A stretch of DNA of 24,000 nt from an uncultured Actinomycetota bacterium (GTDB lineage Bacteria; Actinomycetota; Actinomycetes; Actinomycetales; Cellulomonadaceae): the NCBI GenBank assembly GCA_963777075.1, contig CAVZPH010000004.1, positions 79,670 to 103,669 on the forward strand. The letters run 5' to 3'. Positions within the stretch are counted from its first letter, which is position 1. Every line of letters begins with the position of its first letter. The translations under genes and the position numbers were made by a program. Under the pieces are notes generated by a model. It saw only the letters and a list, made by a program, of their open reading frames with translations, made no database searches and was not told the origin of the DNA. Shown piece after piece: positions 16,227 through 24,000 of this stretch.

Positions 16227-16744
16227 GATGCTGCCGGCTCGCGTGCGGCCTCGATCAGCGACTCCCACGCTTGCCGGACGCCGCGGGGAAGGACCATCTC
16301 GTCCCACAGATCGACGAGCAGGACGCCGTCGACGTACCGCAGGACGTCCTCGGGTCCGCCCTCGGTCAGCACCGCCTCGTACACACGGGCGCGCTCGGAT
16401 CGGTCGGCGAGGTGGAAGGTCCGGCCCGGCTGGGTCCAGTTGAGGTGAACGGGCAGGGTCACGGTCGCGAGGGCGTGATCCGCGGGCAGACGTGGCAGCT
16501 GGATCGGGACCGCGACGGTGCGTCCCCTGCCGGTCTCGCGCCGGACGAACTCGACGCGCGGCTCGGCGACGAGGTGGTGCCCGGTTACGGCAAGCAGGCG
16601 CTCGGCGGTGGCCACGGTGGGGGAGGTGTGGCCGTGCTCGTACGCGGAGACCCGCTCGCGGGACGTGCCCGCTCCCTGTGCCAAGGCGTGCTGGGACAAC
16701 CCGGCTCGTCGCCGGGCGTCGCTCAGCAGTTCTGCCGCCGTCAC
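16223..16744 (-). CDS. XRE-family HTH antitoxin partner of the AbiEii-like toxin
   Basis: GTG 16744 (gaGGTGagcccGTG): VTAAELLSDARRRAGLSQHALAQGAGTSRERVSAYEHGHTSPTVATAERLLAVTGHHLV; ends ATGA-coupled to the toxin gene. The track allows extension to 16810. Confidence 0.85.
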   Translation of the reverse strand: MTAAELLSDARRRAGLSQHALAQGAGTSRERVSAYEHGHTSPTVATAERLLAVTGHHLVAEPRVEFVRRETGRGRTVAVPIQLPRLPADHALATVTLPVHLNWTQPGRTFHLADRSERARVYEAVLTEGGPEDVLRYVDGVLLVDLWDEMVLPRGVRQAWESLIEAAREPAAS

Positions 16745-16760
16745 GGGCTCACCTCGCTTC

Positions 16761-16776
16761 GTATCTAAGTAGATAC
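16761..16776. promoter_or_regulatory. Candidate autoregulatory operator of the TA pair
   Basis: GTATCTA-AG-TAGATAC: perfect 7-bp inverted repeat 16 nt upstream of the antitoxin GTG start. Confidence 0.65.
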
Positions 16777-16877
16777 CATATCCGGCCCGAGGCGTGCGCG
16801 CGAGGATCACGTCCCGTTCCGGATCCGTAGCGCCTGGCCGAAGGGCCAGGGAGCGCGGACTGTCGGCGTTGCCTTGC

Positions 16878-17120
16878 TCACCGCCGCCCGAGCCGCGGCA
16901 CGACGCGTGCGGGCCGCAGCAGGTCCTCGAGGTCGGTGCGGCGGATGCGGACGACTCGGGTGCCGACCTTGACGGCGCGGAGCTGGCCGTCGGCGATGAG
17001 TTTGCGGATGAAGCGTTCGGTGACGGCGAGCTCGTCGGCGGCTTGGGCGACGGTCAGGAACGGTGGGCGGGGGTCGGTGGTGGTGCGGCAGCAGGCCAGA
17101 AGACACGTGCCCGCCGGCAA
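16878..17120 (-). CDS. Excisionase-type helix-turn-helix DNA-binding protein (Xis/AlpA-like)
   Basis: PPFLTVAQAADELAVTERFIRKLIADGQLRAVKVGTRVVRIRRTDLEDLLRPA; HTH_17 excisionase-family motif. Confidence 0.8.
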   Translation of the reverse strand: MPAGTCLLACCRTTTDPRPPFLTVAQAADELAVTERFIRKLIADGQLRAVKVGTRVVRIRRTDLEDLLRPARVVPRLGRR

Positions 17121-17148
17121 CCCGCACCCCCGTCACGGTCCTCACGGA

Positions 17149-17272
17149 CCCTGCGTCGGAGCCTGACGCAGGGTGTCGCCGCAGGTCACAGGTCTGAGAA
17201 TCGCGTTCGGTGCTGCAGCCTGTGGACAGTGCGTCAGGCCACCGCCCACGCAAGCCGAGCCCTGCGTCAGGC
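17149..17272. repeat. Cluster of CCCTGCGTCAGGC-type repeats in direct and inverted orientation, including a hairpin
   Basis: CCCTGCGTC-GGAGCCT-GACGCAGGG hairpin 17149-17173; CCCTGCGTCAGGC on minus at 17161-17173 and on plus at 17260-17272; GTGCGTCAGGC at 17229-17239. Confidence 0.6.
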
Positions 17273-17858
17273 ATCACCGCAGGTCGACGCCCCCGAGGCC
17301 AGCGGCGAGCAGGAGCCCACGGTCGCCGAGCGACCTACCTCCGCGACCAGGACGCCCGTGCAGGCAGCACGACAGGAGGAAGTCCCCAAGCCGCCAGGTC
17401 CTCGAGCAGCTCGACGAACTGGTGCGCAACCTTGCCCTCGGCGCCGCCGCCGGAAGGGATCGACGCCCCGACGCCCTCAGGCGCGGCCAACACGGTCACT
17501 GGCCTCGGCACCTCACCCACGAAGGCCCGCCGACCGACGACGCCGCCAACCGCGAGGACCGATCGAGGCCGGTCGCTGATGGCCCTCAGGCCGCGCCGAG
17601 CAGCCGGTTGCCAGAACCCTGACAGATCGGCCTAGTCCTCTTGCACCCCGTGCCGATCACGGCCCCCGGGCCGCGGCCGCTGTTCGACTGGGTGGTCGGC
17701 GCTCTCCGAGGCCCGATCGGGCCCACGCCATGGCCTGGGGTGTTCGGGCCGTCGTCTGGAGTGGATGCCGGCGGTTGCTGACGAGCCGTGTGTCGTCGAC
17801 CCGGTGGGGTCAGGGGCATCGGATCAACTGTGTCCGAATGGGACGGACCAGGCGGCGG

Positions 17859-18830
17859 TTACCACGCGTAGTGCTCAGGGGCTGGCTTGCTCCCGGGGAA
17901 GATCTCGTCGAGGCGCGCGAGCGTCTCGACGTCGAGCTTCACGTCGACGGCACGAACCGCAGCGTCGAGCTGCTCGCGCGTGCGCGGGCCGATGATCGGC
18001 GCCGTGACGACGGGCTGGTGCAGCAACCAGGCCAACGCGACGTCGCCAGGCTCGAGCCCGAGCTCGGCCACGAGGTCCTCGTACCGTGAAATCGCGTCGT
18101 GGTGTGTCGCCAGGCCCGCCACCGACTGCTCGTCTACTCGCCGCTTGCCCTCGCGCTCCTTGCGGAGCACCCCGCCGAGCAGCCCGCCACGCAGCGGAGA
18201 CCAGGGAATGAGCCCGAGACCGTTCGCCTCGACGGCCGGGATCACCTCGAGCTCGATGTCGCGGGTGAGCAGGTTGTAGATGGACTGCTCGCTGACCAGG
18301 CCGGTGAAGTTGCGACGGTGCGCCTCTGCCTGCGCGGTGGCGATGTGCCAGCCGGCGAAGTTGCTGCTCCCGGTGTAGAGGATCTTCCCCTGGGCGACAG
18401 CCGTCTCCATGGCCTGCCAGATCTCGTCCCACGGTGTCTCGCGGTCGATGTGGTGGAACTGGTAGACGTCGATGTAGTCGGTCTTCAGGCGCTTGAGGCT
18501 GGCGTCGAGGGCGCGCCTGATGTTCAGCGCCGACAGCTTGCCCTCGTTCGGTCGATCCGTCATGGGGCCGTACAGCTTCGTCGCGAGCACCGTGTGTTCC
18601 CGCCGCTCGCCGCCCTTGGCGAACCAGTTGCCGACGATCTCCTCGGTGGCACCTCGCCCGAGGCTCCCGCCATAGACGTTCGCGGTGTCGAAATAATTGA
18701 TCCCGTACGCCTGGGCGGCATCCATGATCGCGTGCGAGTCGGCCTCTGTGGTTTGCGGACCGAAGTTCATCGTGCCGAGGCAAAGGCGCGAGACCTGAAG
18801 ACCGGAACGACCAAGGTGAGTATATTCCAT
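17859..18830 (-). CDS. Aldo/keto reductase
   Basis: MEYTHLGRSGLQVSRLCLGTMNFGPQTTEADSHAIMDAAQAYGINYFDTANVYGG...LKRLKTDYIDVYQFHHIDRETPWDE; AKR family signatures. Confidence 0.95.
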   Translation of the reverse strand: MEYTHLGRSGLQVSRLCLGTMNFGPQTTEADSHAIMDAAQAYGINYFDTANVYGGSLGRGATEEIVGNWFAKGGERREHTVLATKLYGPMTDRPNEGKLSALNIRRALDASLKRLKTDYIDVYQFHHIDRETPWDEIWQAMETAVAQGKILYTGSSNFAGWHIATAQAEAHRRNFTGLVSEQSIYNLLTRDIELEVIPAVEANGLGLIPWSPLRGGLLGGVLRKEREGKRRVDEQSVAGLATHHDAISRYEDLVAELGLEPGDVALAWLLHQPVVTAPIIGPRTREQLDAAVRAVDVKLDVETLARLDEIFPGSKPAPEHYAW

Positions 18831-19143
18831 GTCGCCACATTACCGTCGCTCGCGGCCACATGTCCACCAGATTGAATTGATCGAACAAGTGACTCGAGAT
18901 TCTGGGCCTTAGCCGCCGAGTATTGTGGTTCGTTGGGCGCAGAGCGACGTATCCGGACACAGTTCGAGCATGACGGACGCGGAGCAGGCCGTCTTTCACG
19001 ACATAATCGGGTCCCCGTTGGGTTCATCCAACTTTCTGAACTCGAGAAGATCTGCCGCCGGCGGGCACTGTTGGGGGTACGACACGCGATGCTCGACATA
19101 TGAAGCGCGAATTGCTTGGCGGCTCGGCCATGGTTGCCGCGGA

Positions 19144-19179
19144 GTGCCAAGAGCTCATCCCGGGACGTGCTCTTGGCAC
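19144..19179 (-). terminator. Hairpin downstream of the dgoD-like gene
   Basis: GTGCCAAGAGC (19144-19154) and GCTCTTGGCAC (19169-19179): perfect 11-bp inverted repeat, 14-nt loop, about 29 nt past the stop codon. Confidence 0.6.
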
Positions 19180-19207
19180 ACCTGACCTCCTCCGCTCCGG
19201 TCCGGGT

Positions 19208-20356
19208 TCACCACTCGGCAACGGAGCCGTCGGCGTGACGCCAGATCGGGTTGCGCCACCGGTGTCCCTCGGCGGCCCGTTCCACGACGTACTCCTCGTT
19301 CACCTCGATTCCCAGCCCAGGCCCGTCGGGAATGGCCACCATGCCGTCCTCGTAGGCGAACACCGCCGGGTCGACCAGGTAGTCGAGCAGGTCGTTCGAC
19401 TTGTTGTAGTGGATCCCGAGGCTCTGTTCCTGGATGAAGGCGTTGTGAGCTCCCGCGTCAATCTGGAGGCAGGTGGCGAGCGCGATCGGCCCGAGGGGGC
19501 AGTGGAGTGCGAGTCCGATGTCGTAGGCCTCCGCCATGGCGGCGATCTTGCGGGTCTCGGTGATCCCGCCTGCGTGTGACGGGTCGGGTTGGATGATGTC
19601 CACGGCGCCGCTGGCCAGGATCTCCTTGAAGTCCCAGCGGGAGAACAGGCGCTCACCGAGTGCGATCGGGGTCGGCGTGTTCCTGAGTACGTCGAGCATC
19701 GAGTCGACGTTCTCGCTGAGGACCGGCTCTTCGATGAACATGAGCTTGTAGGGCTCGAGCTCCGAGATCAGGACCTTGGCCATGGGCCTGTGGACGCGAC
19801 CGTGGAAGTCGACACCGATTCCCACATGGGGGCCAACGGCGTCGCGGACGGCGCCGACGTTCGAGAGGCAGCGCTCGACCTTGTCCCACGTGTCGATGTA
19901 CTGCATCTCTTCGGTCCCGTTCATCTTCACTGCGGTGAAGCCCCGGTCCACCGCCGCACGGGCCGAGGACGCGCTCGCAGCAGGGCGGTCACCGGCTATC
20001 CACGAGTACACACGGATCCGGTCACGCACGCGTCCACCGAGGAGCTCGTGGACCGGGACACCCAAGGCCTTTCCCTTGATGTCCCACAACGCCTGGTCGA
20101 TCCCGGCGATCGCACTCATCAGGATCGGCCCGCCTCGGTAGAAGCCCCCCCGGTAGAGCACCGTCCAGATGTCTTCGATGTTGCGCGGGTCCTGGCCGAT
20201 GACGTAGTCCGAGAGCTCCTCGACAGCTGCGGCGACCGTGGCTGCGCGACCCTCGACGACCGGCTCTCCCCAGCCGATGATCCCCTCGTCGGTCTCGATC
20301 TTGAGGAACAGCCAGCGCGGCGGGACCGCATACGTTGTCATCCTGGTGACCTTCAC
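19208..20356 (-). CDS. dgoD: Galactonate dehydratase-like enolase-superfamily sugar acid dehydratase
   Basis: [57 protein letters not shown]...[36 protein letters not shown]...[12 protein letters not shown] start 20356 is preceded by AGGAGG. Substrate not provable from sequence alone. Confidence 0.88.
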   Translation of the reverse strand: MKVTRMTTYAVPPRWLFLKIETDEGIIGWGEPVVEGRAATVAAAVEELSDYVIGQDPRNIEDIWTVLYRGGFYRGGPILMSAIAGIDQALWDIKGKALGVPVHELLGGRVRDRIRVYSWIAGDRPAASASSARAAVDRGFTAVKMNGTEEMQYIDTWDKVERCLSNVGAVRDAVGPHVGIGVDFHGRVHRPMAKVLISELEPYKLMFIEEPVLSENVDSMLDVLRNTPTPIALGERLFSRWDFKEILASGAVDIIQPDPSHAGGITETRKIAAMAEAYDIGLALHCPLGPIALATCLQIDAGAHNAFIQEQSLGIHYNKSNDLLDYLVDPAVFAYEDGMVAIPDGPGLGIEVNEEYVVERAAEGHRWRNPIWRHADGSVAEW

Positions 20357-20745
20357 GCGGCGCCTCCTGAGGTGGGGTTTCCTGTTGCCCATGCTGAGGC
20401 GAGGGTGACGGCTCGGCGCCTGGGCTCGTCGATCTCGACGCCCGCTGGATAGAGCGACGAGCCGATCCCGAGCCCGGTGGCACCGGCAGCACGCCACGCC
20501 GCGAAGTCAACTCGCATCGTCATGGGTCGCTCTCTCCCCGTTGGTCGTCGGCGTGCCCCGTCGGGCCGGTGCCGGGCGACAGCGCCCTGGGTGACGAACA
20601 TCGGCCGAGGCCACCTCGCTCTGTCATTGACGATGGGGGAGCTGGACGCACAGCATCTGCCCGCGAACACCCTCGCGGGGCCCTCCCCGCGCACGCACCT
20701 GTCGTCGGGCTGCGGACGTCGGGCTGCACAGTGTGTTGACTTTGG

Positions 20746-20760
20746 TGCAACATATGCAAC
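20746..20760. promoter_or_regulatory. TGCAAC-ATA-TGCAAC repeat, candidate IclR-type operator in the dgoD/iclR divergent region
   Basis: TGCAACATATGCAAC within an AT-richer patch (TTGACTTTGGTGCAACATATGCAACGC); related GTGCATAT nearby. Confidence 0.35.
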
Positions 20761-20983
20761 GCTTGTGCTGTACGTGCATATCCTGTGTGAACTCGTGCGA
20801 CCAAGTCAAGGTCATGCATCGGCCTGGCAACCTCCGGCCGCGACCGCGTGCAGGGTTGTTCGCACGGACTGCCGGGCCCCGGCGGTCCTCAACATCGAGT
20901 CAGTCGGCGTCGCCAAGGGACCAAGGTCGAGGGACCGTCACCGTCGTGGCCGTCGAGCCTTCCCCGAGGCAGGAGGGGTGGAG

Positions 20984-21730
20984 ATGTCCCAGACAGTCGA
21001 GCGCGCCATCGAGATCCTCGAGCTCGTCAGTGCTGGTCCCCGCACTCTCGGGGAAGTGGCGGACGTCCTCGGCGTCCATCGTTCAACCGCCCTGCGCCTG
21101 CTCCAGACGCTCTCCGATGGTGGGCTGACGCGCCGTCGGCCAGACGGTCGCTATGGCGTCGGCTATCGGTTGGTCGGCCTCGCGCACCGGGCGAGTGAGC
21201 AGCTCGACCTGCAGGCGCTCGCCCATCCGCACCTGGCCGCGCTCACCGGCGCCAGCGGGTTCACCACGCACCTCGCCGCCTTGGAGGGCTCCGACATCAT
21301 CTACGTCGACAAGGTCGAGCCCGCTCGGTCCGTCCGGCTCTACAGCCAGATCGGCAAGCCGGTCCCGTTCCACACGGCGGGCGTGGCGAAGGCGGTGCTC
21401 GCCGGCCTCCCCGTCGAGCACACGCTCCGGCTCCTTGAGGGTTGGACGTACACGTCCTACACCACGACGACGATCTCGTCGCAGGAGGCGCTGCTCGAGG
21501 AACTGGACCGCACCAGGGTGCGAGGCTGGGCAGAGGACGACGGTGAGTTCGAGGACTTCGTCAACTGCATCGCCTGCCCCATTCGCGAGGGATCGGGGCA
21601 CGTCGTTGGTGCAGTGTCGATCACCGCTCTGCGTGCGATCTCCGATCTCGGCAAGCTGAAGGGGCTGGTTCCAGACCTCATCAGTACGTGCGACGCGATA
21701 TCCAGAGAGCTCGGGTGGGTCCATGAATAG
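20984..21730 (+). CDS. IclR family transcriptional regulator
   Basis: MSQTVERAIEILELVSAGPRTLGEVADVLGVHRSTALRLLQTLSDGGLTRR...YRLVGLAHRA...VDKVEPARSVRLYSQIGKPVPFHTAGVAKAVLA; start preceded by AGGAGG-like aggaggggtgg. Confidence 0.95.
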   Translation: MSQTVERAIEILELVSAGPRTLGEVADVLGVHRSTALRLLQTLSDGGLTRRRPDGRYGVGYRLVGLAHRASEQLDLQALAHPHLAALTGASGFTTHLAALEGSDIIYVDKVEPARSVRLYSQIGKPVPFHTAGVAKAVLAGLPVEHTLRLLEGWTYTSYTTTTISSQEALLEELDRTRVRGWAEDDGEFEDFVNCIACPIREGSGHVVGAVSITALRAISDLGKLKGLVPDLISTCDAISRELGWVHE

Positions 21731-22778
21731 CACGCGGGGTCGCGGCCATGTCGTCACTCCTGCGATGAACGCCGGTGGCCAAGGAGGTCACGACGACGCA
21801 ACGCCGTCCCACCTGGGCGCCGAGACGACCGATGGTCGACCGTCACGAGTGCCGGCGAGCTCGCCGGTCCGATACCCGGACCCAGCAGTGCTCGTCCTCG
21901 ATCCAAGATTCGAGCGCTATCGACTTCTGAATGCCACCATTGAGCGGATCGCCACCGGTTTCAGGTGGGTAGAGGGGCCGGTGTGGTTCGGTGACCATCA
22001 CGCGCTCATCTGGAGCGACGTACCGAGCAACACCATGTGGCGGTGGGACGAACGGTCCGGGAGTGCCGTCGTCTTCCGGTCTCCTTCGGGCTTCGCCAAT
22101 GGCAACACTCGTGATCGCCATGGGCGTCTCCTCACCTGTGAGCATCGCGAAAGGCGCGTCACCCGGACCGAGCATGATGGCAGCCTGACGGTGATGATCG
22201 ATTCGTTCGCCGACCGACGGCTCAACTCGCCGAACGACGTCACCACGACCGCCGACGGCGCGATCTGGTTCACCGATCCCGTGTACGGGATCGAGACCGA
22301 CTACGAGGGCAGCAAGGCGGATCCGGAGCTCCCGACCGCCGTATACCGGATCGCTCCGGACTCGGGCGCAGCCACCGCTGTCATCACCGGTCTCGTGCAG
22401 CCCAACGGTCTCTGCTTCTCCCCTGACGAACGGCTGCTCTACGTGGTCGACTCGGGATCCTCGCCCGCCACGATCCATGCCTACGACGTCGATGGAGCAA
22501 CGGTGCGCAACGGGCGGTTGTTCGCTGACATGAGCCCTGGGAAAGGCGACGGGCTCCGGTGCGATGTCGACGGCAACGTCTGGGCCTCGGCAGCATGGGG
22601 AGGCGCCGGGTACGACGGCGTTCATGTCTTTTCCCCGGACGGCACCCTCATCGGCAGGATCGAGCTGCCCGAGCCGTGTGCCAACCTCACGTTCGGGGGG
22701 CTGCGGATGAACCGCCTCTTCATGGCGGCAGGGCAGTCCGTCTACGCGCTCTATGTCAATGCCCGGGGCAGCGCATGA
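21723..22778 (+). CDS. SMP-30/gluconolactonase/LRE family protein (sugar-acid lactonase)
   Basis: ATGFRWVEGPVWFGDHHALIWSDVPSNTMWRWDE...NGNTRDRHGRLLTCEHRERRVTRTE...LNSPNDVTTTADGAIWFTDPVYGI...PNGLCFSPDERLLYVVDSG; overlaps the IclR gene end. Confidence 0.92.
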   Translation: MNSTRGRGHVVTPAMNAGGQGGHDDATPSHLGAETTDGRPSRVPASSPVRYPDPAVLVLDPRFERYRLLNATIERIATGFRWVEGPVWFGDHHALIWSDVPSNTMWRWDERSGSAVVFRSPSGFANGNTRDRHGRLLTCEHRERRVTRTEHDGSLTVMIDSFADRRLNSPNDVTTTADGAIWFTDPVYGIETDYEGSKADPELPTAVYRIAPDSGAATAVITGLVQPNGLCFSPDERLLYVVDSGSSPATIHAYDVDGATVRNGRLFADMSPGKGDGLRCDVDGNVWASAAWGGAGYDGVHVFSPDGTLIGRIELPEPCANLTFGGLRMNRLFMAAGQSVYALYVNARGSA

Positions 22779-23127
22779 ACGCAGGGCGCGTCGTCACCCT
22801 GGAGTGAGGGGACGCGAACCCGCCGGATCCGGCTGTGCTCGGGCGGGCGTCGATGAACCATCGGCGTGCGCGCAGCGCTCTCCGGGACGTCGCTCATCCA
22901 GCGGGGCGGCTCGGTGGTCCGCCCGACGCGGGTGCTCGCGGCCACGTCCGACGCCCGGGGGAGTGGCTTCCGGGCGCCTGAGCGGAGATCTGCCGCTGCT
23001 CACGCCATGGGCGTCGGCACCTGCCAGCCACCGGGAAAACTGGGGCTTGTCAGCATCGAAGCGGGTCGGCTACTTTGGTCAACCATCAGACCGTTGCACG
23101 GTTCACCAATGAGGGTGAGGTCCGGGA

Positions 23128-24000
23128 ATGAGCTCGTCTCCTGTTCTGCCGGTGGCATCAACGGGCTCCGCCGACCATGTCGTCGGCACGCGCCCGCCGG
23201 AGCGCCGACCGCGGAGGGCCGCTGTCGTCTCGCGCCTCACGCCCTGGCTCTTCCTGCTGCCCGCTCTCGGTCTCTTCCTGAGCCTTGGCGTCTGGCCCAT
23301 CGTGCGGACCGCGTTCTTGAGCATGACGGACACGGTCGGCACGCGGGCAACCGGCCAGTTCGTCGGTCTCGACAACTACGCTCGCCTGGTCAAGGACCCG
23401 TACTTCCTCGAGTCGCTGTGGCACACGCTCGCCTGGATCCTGTTCAACCTGACGGTGCCGGTCCTGCTGGCGCTGTTCCTGGCGACGATGCTGAACCGGG
23501 CGATCGAGTCGAAGACGCTCAAGACGATGTTCTTCCTCCCGTTGGCCCTCTCGTTCCCAGCGATCGGGATCATCTGGACCTTCATCTATCAGCCTGACGT
23601 GGGGCTCCTGGACCAGCTCCTCGGTGCGGTGGGGCTCTCGGGACTGGAGCGGGAGTGGTTGGGACCGGATCACGCGCTGATCTCCTTGATGATCGCCGGT
23701 GCGTGGCGCGAGACGGCGTTCTTCATGGTGATCTTCCTGGCCGGGTTGACCGGTGTCCCGCAGGAGCTCATCGAGGCGTCGAAGATCGACGGGGCCAGCA
23801 GCTGGCAGTCGTTCTGGCACGTGACCCTCCCGCAGCTGCGGCCGGCGACGATGATCGTCGTCTCCTCGGCGATCGTGGGCGCGTTGCTGACGACCGACCT
23901 CGTGATGACGATGACCAAGGGCGGACCGTTCGGCAGGAGCGACGTCATCGGCTACCGCATGTACGTCGAGACCTTCTTCAACGGGAACATCGGCTATGGG
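23128..24000 (+). CDS. Carbohydrate ABC transporter permease (MalF/UgpA-like), partial at right edge
   Basis: ATG 23128: MSSSPVLPVASTGSADHVVGTRPPERRPRRAAVVSRLTPWLFLLPALGLFLSLGVWPIVRTAFLSMTD...VGLDNYARLVKDPYFLESLWHTLAWILFNL...LTGVPQELIEASKIDGASSWQSFWHVTLPQLRPATMIV; the EAA motif is present. Confidence 0.94.
   Translation, partial: MSSSPVLPVASTGSADHVVGTRPPERRPRRAAVVSRLTPWLFLLPALGLFLSLGVWPIVRTAFLSMTDTVGTRATGQFVGLDNYARLVKDPYFLESLWHTLAWILFNLTVPVLLALFLATMLNRAIESKTLKTMFFLPLALSFPAIGIIWTFIYQPDVGLLDQLLGAVGLSGLEREWLGPDHALISLMIAGAWRETAFFMVIFLAGLTGVPQELIEASKIDGASSWQSFWHVTLPQLRPATMIVVSSAIVGALLTTDLVMTMTKGGPFGRSDVIGYRMYVETFFNGNIGYG

Noticed and set aside
17335-17520. Small minus ORF …GGAEGKVAHQFVELLEDLAAWGLPPVVLPARASWSRR
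   Set aside because: Suggestive helical segment but no recognisable family, and overlapping ORFs on the other strand; not enough to call a gene or integrase remnant.
1-24000. CRISPR arrays, rRNA, intact transposases or classic IS terminal repeats
   Set aside because: No regularly spaced repeats, rRNA-like sequence or transposase motifs were recognised on either strand.

Overview
High-GC actinobacterial window, probably Micrococcales/Cellulomonadaceae-like (inferred from protein style). The left half is ordinary chromosome: a partial M13 metallopeptidase, rpiB, an Eis-like GNAT, a SpoIIE/PP2C phosphatase, an alkyltransferase-like (ATL) protein, cysK-cysE(epsC), a tandem crcB/fluC pair, a two-domain GNAT, yjdM/phnA, mannitol PTS mtlA-mtlF, a wHTH regulator, an SbtA-like permease, divergent tetR/NmrA-type NAD(P)-binding gene, and a CPBP protease. 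The right half has a 44-nt tRNA-Gly(TCC) 3'-half that looks like an integrative-element attachment duplicate. It is followed by an XRE/AbiEii-type nucleotidyltransferase toxin-antitoxin pair and an excisionase-like HTH gene. Beyond that is a sugar-acid catabolic cluster: aldo/keto reductase, dgoD-like dehydratase, IclR regulator, SMP-30 lactonase, and an ABC permease running off the window. The best candidates for overlooked biology are (i) a 24-codon leader ORF ending ...PSCCRCL* with a good Shine-Dalgarno, about 205 nt upstream of cysK (probable cysteine-responsive attenuator); (ii) the tRNA-Gly att fragment with adjacent palindromes, TA pair and Xis-like gene; (iii) a 64-bp copy (about 94% identical) of an internal piece of the SbtA-like gene about 2.6 kb downstream; (iv) four copies of ACAGRTGYGY upstream of mtlA.
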